Of a stretch of 64,000 bases of DNA, positions 1-64,000 are shown piece after piece. Source of the stretch: Amoebidium appalachense (taxonomy: Eukaryota > Protista > Ichthyosporea). The notes under the pieces were generated by a model. The model was not told the origin of the DNA. It searched no databases and worked only from the letters and a program-made list of their open reading frames with translations. Both the position numbers and the translations under genes were made by a program. Positions within the stretch are counted from its first letter, which is position 1. Each line of letters begins with the position of its first letter. Location: the NCBI GenBank assembly GCA_963693365.1, contig CAVNZM010000006.1:6055264-6119263 (forward strand). Direction: 5' to 3'.

Positions 1-22
1 AAATGATTGGTTGCTGGCAAAC

Positions 23-48402
<48,380 letters not shown>

Positions 48403-48991
48403 GTTGCCAGAGCAGGGAAGACTGCGGAAGCCCTCATGGAAAGGGGCTTCGACTAGCTTCCCCACCACCCACTACTCAAGCCGACCACTGATGTAATAGA
48501 CGAACTTTAGTTAAAACTGTTGAAGATTATGCATTATCGAATATAAGAAAAAAAGATAATGTAAACGAAATCCCACGGTATAGCACACGTTCCAGGCAGA
48601 AGAACCAAGGCCTCCTACTCAGGCTGACGAGGCCTTAAGAAGAACCCACTTCAAGTTTTGTGCTGTTCAATGATGAGCCGCTGTGGTTGCATCATGTTGA
48701 CGCAACCATTTTAGCGGTTTTGGAGCATGCTGATAAAATCCAACGTTGATTTGTAAAAGAATTTTTAGCGAATCAAAGGTGTCATATAAACGTTATATTG
48801 TAAGATTGGGCGTATTGAAATATTTACTATTTGCCGGTTACGTAAAGTACTTGGGATGACGAAGCCTTCGAATTCACTTTTTTTTTTTTGTTTTTTTTTT
48901 AACCATGTTTTTTCGTTTTTTGTAGGAAGCCGTTTGTGCATATAATATTCTTACACATCAAAAATATCTAACGCGCGTGCGCGGGGTGGGG

Positions 48992-49026
<35 letters not shown>

Positions 49027-49083
49027 GGGAAAGAAAAAGAGAGACCCACTCCGAGAGCGAGAGTCTCTGGAGGAGGGAGGGAG

Positions 49084-49115
<32 letters not shown>

Positions 49116-49186
49116 AGGGAGAGAGGGGGAGAGGGCGGGAGAGAGAGGGAGAGGGAGAGGGGGGAGGGGGGGGGGGGGGGGGGGGG

Positions 49187-49262
<76 letters not shown>

Positions 49263-49314
49263 GAGAGGTAGAAAGACGGGGGGGGGGGGGGGGGGGGGGG
49301 GGACCGAAAGCAGC

Positions 49315-49653
49315 ATGACACACACGTGTAAACACCTCACGTGCATGTGCACGACGACCCCTGACCCATTCCACGCAGACAGATGTATATTCTTCCCCTG
49401 CAGTGCAGCCCATTCCCTCCGTAAGGCAAAAGAGTTCCTCGCAAAGTTGGAAAACGATGCTACGAGCGTGATAGACACGGACACGAAGGAACCAATGTTT
49501 TCTGGTGAGAAACTGCTCGAGCGCAAACGCCGATGCGAGATGGAAATCGAGCTCTTCTGCGAACTGTTCGCGCTGGCGGAAGGTCGTGCATACGACCCCG
49601 TAAGCGACAAGTGGGAACCAACCCCACAGGTGTCGGACCAAACCGATGCCTAA
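49315..49653 (+). CDS. Putative short ORF1 (112 aa) of the LINE
   Basis: Non-repetitive ATG ORF whose stop overlaps the ORF2 start (ATG 49646), as in a bicistronic LINE layout. No recognisable domain. Confidence 0.45.
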   Translation: MTHTCKHLTCMCTTTPDPFHADRCIFFPCSAAHSLRKAKEFLAKLENDATSVIDTDTKEPMFSGEKLLERKRRCEMEIELFCELFALAEGRAYDPVSDKWEPTPQVSDQTDA

Positions 49654-52347
49654 TTTATCCTTCTTCTTCTGGAATGCTCGGACACTGGGCCCCCAAAAGG
49701 GCCTCCCCCCCGGGACACTCGACGATAAAATCAGCTACATACAACAACAGACAAACAACCACACGTTTACAGTGATTTGCGAAACACAGTTTAAAAACCA
49801 CCACAAATTCAACTCTACATTGGTCGACACATCCACACACCCCGGTTACGCGAAAAACTGAGGCATTATTGTACTTGCCGCGCCATACGTGTGAGTGAAG
49901 TGCAAACCGGTAGCAAAAACGGAATTCTCGGTTTCTATAGTGTTTCTTTCTAATGTTTTTACTTTTGTATATTACCCACCATCTATGTCGGTTGTCGAAT
50001 TGACTCACGAGTTGTCACAGTTACCAATGTCCACTGTTATTTTAAGTGATTTTAACACGCGACTCCACCACACAGACACACTGCAAGTGAGTGTCGGGTA
50101 CCCATCTAAGCCCCCGGAGCGTGCTATCCCTTTAGCAAGGTATGTCCAAAGTCACACTTTGCGGTTCCCTCAAATATCCCATGCCCACAACACCGACTGG
50201 GGAGTGGCCTTTTGGCCATCAACCATGTCAAAACTCTCTCTCCCTCCTAACCTCTCTAGGTCATCTGACCACTCTCCTATCCTTTTCCTACCTAAGATCT
50301 CCCTTGATCTGCTCCCCCCTCCTCCTCCCACCTTTCGCCTCCGTCTATCCCAGCTTAAGTCACAGTGGGGTAGAGTTGATGTATGTGTATGCTATGCAAC
50401 GAAACACCCTATATATATGCGCCTATTAGAATCTGCACAAGCCAGACCAGATTCACATCTCGTACTAGATACATGCACTAACTTTATTGTTGATGATTTG
50501 ATAGATCTCGGTGATTATGCCGGCGGTGGTAGGAAGGAATATCCCGATGCTCTCTTGTTACCAAACACCACTCCCGCTAGACTACATAGGTGAACCCCTG
50601 TCTCAAAAGGAAAGCTTGCGCCGGCTTGCTAGTATGAATCGATTTGGCCCCCCTGCTCGTATTATTGGTGATACCACTGGAGACCCCCTCATAGACTCTG
50701 ATAAGTATTTCTCGGAACTGTTTAAAGATAGGACCCCCGCTCAGAAACCTATTGTGTGGCCTGTAGACCCATCTATCCCCATAGAATCGATCCTCCCCTT
50801 TTTCAGTCCCGATGCCATGTGGTCTGTGATATCTAGTTATAGCTCTAGTAAGTCTTGTGGACCTGATGGACTCCCTGCTGGGTTTCTTAAAATCCTTGTT
50901 CCCTCCTACCCACAAAAGGAAAGTGATCGTGCTATTAAACCTGATCTTACTATCATGTTAAGCGCTCTCTTTTCTTGGTGTGTTAAATGTGGACATGTCC
51001 CGTCATCTTGGTTAGATACCTTAGTGATCCCCATAGTTAAGAAGGACTCTGAGGGCCCCATATCATCCTTTCGCCCCATTACACTAACCCAGGTTGTTCG
51101 TAGATTCTTTGAAGCTTGCTTACTAGGTTATTTGCACATCACCCTAGGTTTCAATCTATTCTTCACATACACCCATGCCAATCCGCTTTTCGTAAAAACA
51201 ATTCATGTTATGTTCAAATAATGGCACTGCACGATTCTATGCAAGTTGGTGCACGATATGTTGGCTTGGTGTTCCGGTTGATTCTGTTGGTGTTATGTTT
51301 CCCCATATGGTCGAAAAGAGGGTAGAGTTGGCTCGTAAGCGGTTAGCTTTCTTCTCGGCTAATATTTTTAAAGACACACCCCTCCATCCTTCTATTAGAC
51401 TTACATTTATTCGCACTTTTGTCTTCCCGGCATGTGAATATGGTTTACCCCTTCTCGCCGCTTGGATCAAGAAAGAGAGAACTAGAGCGCTTAAACCCTT
51501 GGCAAATTTCCTTGAAGCAGAAGTTGCCTCCTCTCTATCTAACAACTGTTGTAAACCTGGGCCTGTAACGCTCTCGATATATGGTCTGGTCCCAATAGCT
51601 GCTAGAGTATCCTATCTCGCGCTGAAATTCAATAAGCACATAAGCCGCTTAAAGAAGTATTTGCCCTCCCACCCTCTCTTCTCTATCCGACCTGTCCCCT
51701 CCTCACCTCTCCCCTCTTTCCTCCCCTCTCTCTCCCCTTATCCCCTGGGCACAAATACAAATAAACCCCGCAATAGTGTGTGTGTGACTTTGGACTGCCA
51801 CTTACTTATTAAACATGTACACAATCACAAGATAACCACGCAATATAACAAATGGAAAAAGATACCACACGACACTAGACCCGATGAAAGCATACACTTT
51901 GAAAAACTAAGCCTTATGTCTCGTTTTATATATACTGACCGCCTCAACCATATTGCCAAATATGGCACTCGCAAATGTATAACACCTAAATACATATTAC
52001 CTTCCTGTAGAACTGGTCTTTCTCTAACTGATGGTATTATTGATCAATTACCACGCTTTTACTGTACACGTGCTATACAGTGGAGATCTAATAAGTATAA
52101 GGTGGCATCATTTGCATGCCCAAACAACACACACACACACCAGTTTAACCGGTCATGTATCGCCAAATGTAGTTTGATAGACCACATAATACCGCAACAC
52201 ACACACGTCACATTCACAACAGACACCCAGAAAGATAGCCTACCTGCAAATTACAACATCCTTGATTTTATACTAAACACGCGTAACTACGACCTGTTTA
52301 TTAGATGTATTGATTGGCTTGAGAAACACATCACTACAAAATTATAG
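49646..52347 (+). pseudogene. LINE ORF2 (endonuclease-reverse transcriptase), disrupted
   Basis: In-frame TGA stops at 49859 and 49892, frameshifts near 50.5-50.6 kb and 51.1-51.2 kb, and no RT catalytic core (no KAFD, PQG or YADD) at the junction near 51262. Confidence 0.88.
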
Positions 52348-52351
52348 CGCA

Positions 52352-52426
<75 letters not shown>

Positions 52427-52475
52427 CCAGCTGATACCGAGTGTCCCAAGGGGAGCCCCTTAAAAAAAAAAATTA

Positions 52476-52517
<42 letters not shown>

Positions 52518-52927
52518 GGGGAACCCCAACTAATTGATTTCTCCTTGTAGTCTTTATGGTGTCTCGTAGAGAAAGTAAACCCTGATATATAGTCACCACC
52601 CGACATCTATGTACGTGATCATGATATACCGCTGAGGGGATATTCCGAGCAAAACCCCCCCCATACCTGAGACTGGTTCTCTTTGCCTCGAGTAAACAGC
52701 GTAAACCCCCCATATATATGCATTTGTCTGTAATACAACAGGAACTTAGAGTCCAACGATAATTCATGTAGTAAAAAAAAATCTCTTATATAAAGATATC
52801 CGCAGGTATGTTCTGTTTCGGAACCTGAATTCACCTCCACTACCTGTTTTTTACTTTCTTTCTCTCTCTGGCTCCTCCGTTCCCCCCCCCTCCCCCCCCC
52901 CCCCCCTCTCGGGCCGCCCTACCCTCA

Positions 52928-52968
<41 letters not shown>

Positions 52969-53346
52969 ACCACCACCACCACCACCCACCTCCCCGCCCC
53001 ACCTCCCCCGGGTCCCGGTTCAGCAGAACATTTCAGAATAATTCTGCTTTTGCTGTATCATTCTGCCCATGTTGAGTATTCTGCTACATAAAAGCATCGT
53101 CAAGAATATTTCTTGCCTTTCGAATTCTGTAAAATAATTCAAATACCCTGCTAGGCCTCCTCCTCCCTCCGTCCCCGGAGCCACCCCCTCCTGCCCTCTC
53201 CCCCCCTCCTCCCTTTGCAGGCCTGCTAGTCCTCATTCTGATCATGCAGCTCTCGAGCCCCATTCCTTGCCAAAACTTATTGCGTAGTAATCACCCCCCC
53301 CCCCCCCCCCCCCCCGCCGCGTGTATCCAACACACACACCTGTGTC

Positions 53347-53381
<35 letters not shown>

Positions 53382-53382
53382 C

Positions 53383-53413
<31 letters not shown>

Positions 53414-54123
53414 AAAAAAAAAAAGACGATGTTTCTGAAGAAGAAGCAAATGAAATTCTAGTGACCAACTCAAACTTTTGGGCCTAACCCGCCTCTCTCC
53501 ATTTTCCCCCTGCTGCAGCTGCCTCCCGTTAAGTTCGAGGCTAAGCCATCATCCAACTACCCCCACGAGTCGTCCCGGCCCTCCCCCCTCCCCCCCTCCC
53601 CCCCCCCCCCCAACACACACACACACCACCACCACCGCCACCACCACCACGACCACCATACACACACACACACACATGACGTGCACACAAGCAAACACAT
53701 TCACACCCACCCACCCACCCACATGTACACTACATGATGCATACGACAGAGCTCATTCTACCACTCTTGGAGAGTATACTAATATTAGAGGTGCACCTGG
53801 TTAGGAGTGGCATTGCTGCTGCCAAGAAGTATCTTTTCCAAGGGGGAAAAAATGGAGGGCGGAGCAAAGGGTGCAAAAGGGTGGGGGAAGTGTGCGTGTA
53901 TTCTTGTGTTGGGGGCGAAGGAGGTGGGGAAAAGGGGAGGGGGGGGGGGGGGGGGGTGTCTCGGAACGTGTGTTGTACAAGCTATCAGTTTGCTCAAATA
54001 GGTGTATGAACCTTAGGCACTGTAGCAGCCAAAAAGCAGCTAAAACATTCAGTTCCATATCTAATACAGAGAACGGCTATGTACAACATTATAAAGCCAG
54101 TTACCGTTGGTGTTATAACCACA

Positions 54124-55783
54124 CTAAGTACTGGTTATAATGCCATGAGTTATCTTTAAATGCATCCTAAGGAGCTGGGGCTTTAGAAAACTAGCATTGC
54201 AACCCTTAAAACTACAAGCATAAGGCTTCTTACCGCTATGAACCCACATGTGGCTAACACGCTCACTAGCAGTCAAGAACATCGCTTTGCAGCCCGGTAC
54301 AGTGCATTTTACATACTTTCTACCAAGACCTTTGGTCTTTAGGGGCTCCTGTACAATTACTTGCTTTTTTTCACTAGGTGTCGGTGAACTTTCTAAAGAT
54401 TCATTCCCTATTGAGTCGTCTGGAAGTGGTCGTTTTCCAGCAACTTTTTCACTACTAACTCCATCTCCTCTGCCTTTCGTTTTCTTAACATACGTTGCCC
54501 GACCATCTTCGCCTGGGTGAGCGGTTGCAATGTGCTCTATAAGTGAACCCTGGGTAAAGAAAGCGGCCCCACACACATTGCACCGCATGGCTCGGCTTGA
54601 AGCAATGGTTGCCGAGTGGTATTTTAAGTGGTCCTCGAGTGCTGCAGCGGTTTTAAACGGGCCAACAGTGCAATGCGGGGCTGGGCACTTCAAAGGTGCT
54701 GCCGGATCTGTGCCGTTTGCACCAGTGAAACCTTGTTTTTCCGAGTCTCGATGTTGCTGGAGATGAATCTCTAGCCCGATGGGTGTCATGAACTGTGCCC
54801 TGCACAGGTATTCGGGGCACTTGAAATGGTGGCTGGGTTGGGAGGAGGTCTGACTAGAAGGCGCCTTCGATGTTTCGTTTTCTGACGAACTAGGCTCGTG
54901 TGTTTCGTCCACGTCTGTTGTTGTTCGTTGTGAAGACTTGAGTTTACCTTGGGTTCTTGTCATGCCTTTCTTCGCTTTTGCTCGTTCTTGCTTGGCACTT
55001 TCTCTTTCTACAAGTGCAGCCCGTACTGCGTCAATGTTGGCAGCTTTGCCTACGTTATCCGCTTCTGCCGCATCGTTCCCGAGATGGGTCGCATCTAAAT
55101 ACGATCGTTCCGAAACCGTGTTGGTTGCATTTGGGGTCCTTAAAATAGCCTCTAAGGAACAACCCGTGTGGTTGTTGCCGCTTTCTTTTGGGGAAACACC
55201 CCAGATGGGTAAGGACTCATCGTCGACTGTGTTTTGAAGCGCCGTAGCCTGCTGAACGGCACGTACGAGCATATCTGTAGGGGTTGCTGCTGGTGGGAAA
55301 GGAAGTTCTTGGCCTTCTCCTTCGATGCTATTTTCCCCTTCCTGTTCCTCTTTAACCAACCTGGCGAAAACACGTTCCAGAACTCCTTTGTGGTCATCAG
55401 GAGGGGGAGGTGGGGGCTGCTGCTCGAAAACATAGCGCTGCCAAGCAACGGCTTTTACCGCTTCCCTGTGCACTCGCTCGAGGTGCTCTTTTCTTTTTGC
55501 GTCACTATCGAAAAATCTCACCACAGCCTACGTATATACATGGATATTGTCCTGTTTTGGGAGCATTTCCTTGTGCCAGGCGCACACTTTTATGAACAAT
55601 GACATGTTGCTGTAGATGAAACTCACTGGAAAGTTGCTGGGGGCAGTATGGGCAGGGGAAAGTGTCGGTTCCTCTTTCCCTAGCTTTGTGTGTTGCTAGC
55701 ATGTGATAGTGAAGATCCTGAAAGTGCTCAAAGGTGGCATCACAGTTTGTTACGAGGCATTTGAAAGGCCGAGTGGCAGCCAT
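54124..55783 (-). CDS. Intronless C2H2 zinc-finger protein (8 fingers), split by a +1 frame change at 55505-55516
   Basis: ORF 55505-55783 holds 2.5 fingers and ORF 54124-55524 holds the rest. Removing one base restores C-IYVG-C-GEIFDSDAKRKE-H-LERV-H. An HSGKKPY linker joins the last two fingers. Confidence 0.85.
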
Positions 55784-56261
55784 ATTTGAAAGAGAAAAAA
55801 ACTGCTATAGACATAGTGCGTGCACGTTTTATCTCAATCTAACATCTAAACAGCAATGCAACCTATAATTTTGGTTGGTTCCGAGGGCCTTTTTGATAAA
55901 GTGCATGTGCCTCGCTCCGTTGTGAATGGAACGAGTGAAGTGGTCACAGGTTGCGTGTTCGTTTGTGTTTTGCGTAAATGGTTTGCCTTAGGAAACGGAT
56001 GGTGCTTATCGGACCAATCAAACAGTACTAAGGCAAGAACACCGTTTTCCACAAGTTCAGAAAATAGAGGCACCCGGTTTCATTTGTTTACTGAGGGCTC
56101 TCTGGCGCAACGGCCGGCGGGCATGTAAAAGCATTGGTAGTTACCTTGGTTGGCTCACTTAACGAGGGCTTAACGTTGTAAGAATAAGAAGGGCATAGGG
56201 TAAAATAGCTTAGAAAAGGCAACAAGGTATTGCCTGTGTAGTTTTAGTCCTTTCAACAAAC
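55784..56261. promoter_or_regulatory. Probable bidirectional promoter between the divergent ZnF and PLBD genes
   Basis: 478-bp repeat-free interval between head-to-head ATGs. Positional inference only. Confidence 0.5.
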
Positions 56262-63812
<7,551 letters not shown>

Positions 63813-63892
63813 GTGTGTGTGTGTGGGGGGGGGGGGGGGGGGGGGGGGGGGAGGGGTGGATGGATGGGTGGGTGGGTGGGTGGGTGGGTGGA

Positions 63893-64000
<108 letters not shown>

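Larger units (their letters stand above)
49303..52516 (+). mobile_element. Decayed non-LTR (LINE-type) retrotransposon
   Basis: Short upstream ORF, then APE endonuclease motifs (FFWNARTL, ICETQ, ILSDFN, SDHSP), RT N-terminal motifs (KSCGPDG, WLDTLVIPIVKK, FRPITL, QSAFRK), a post-RT region (WLGV, CEYG) and a Cys/His C-terminus, followed by a (CA)n 3' UTR and an A-tail at 52462-52516. The 5' boundary is approximate and no TSD was identified. Confidence 0.92.

Noticed and set aside
55505-55521. 17-nt micro-intron gtgag...tag to explain the ZnF frame break
   Set aside because: Removing it gives the wrong downstream frame and destroys the C-x12-H spacing.

Overview
Eukaryotic genomic DNA, standard code, very intron-rich, with introns full of poly-G/poly-C, (CA)n and (GA)n tracts. 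Almost all ORFs in the supplied track are artefacts of these repeats. Manual splicing gives four elements. (1) A TEP1-like gene (telomerase/vault protein component 1: Ser/Thr-rich N-terminus, TROVE, DUF4062, NACHT NTPase, WD40 repeats) of about 67 exons on the minus strand, from ATG 48402 and running off the left edge. (2) A decayed non-LTR retrotransposon (APE endonuclease + RT, A-tail) at about 49.3-52.5 kb. (3) An intronless 8-finger C2H2 gene (minus) split by a +1 frame change at a UUU_CGA_UAG motif. (4) A phospholipase B-like (PLBD, Ntn-hydrolase) gene on the plus strand from 56262, running off the right edge. The most unusual signals are repeated local duplications centred on splice junctions in both multi-exon genes, a candidate programmed +1 frameshift, poly-C tracts polarised to the transcript strand just after donors, and intronic foldback hairpins. 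The organism cannot be named from this sequence, all family calls rest on motif recognition without database searches, and homopolymer lengths may be unreliable.
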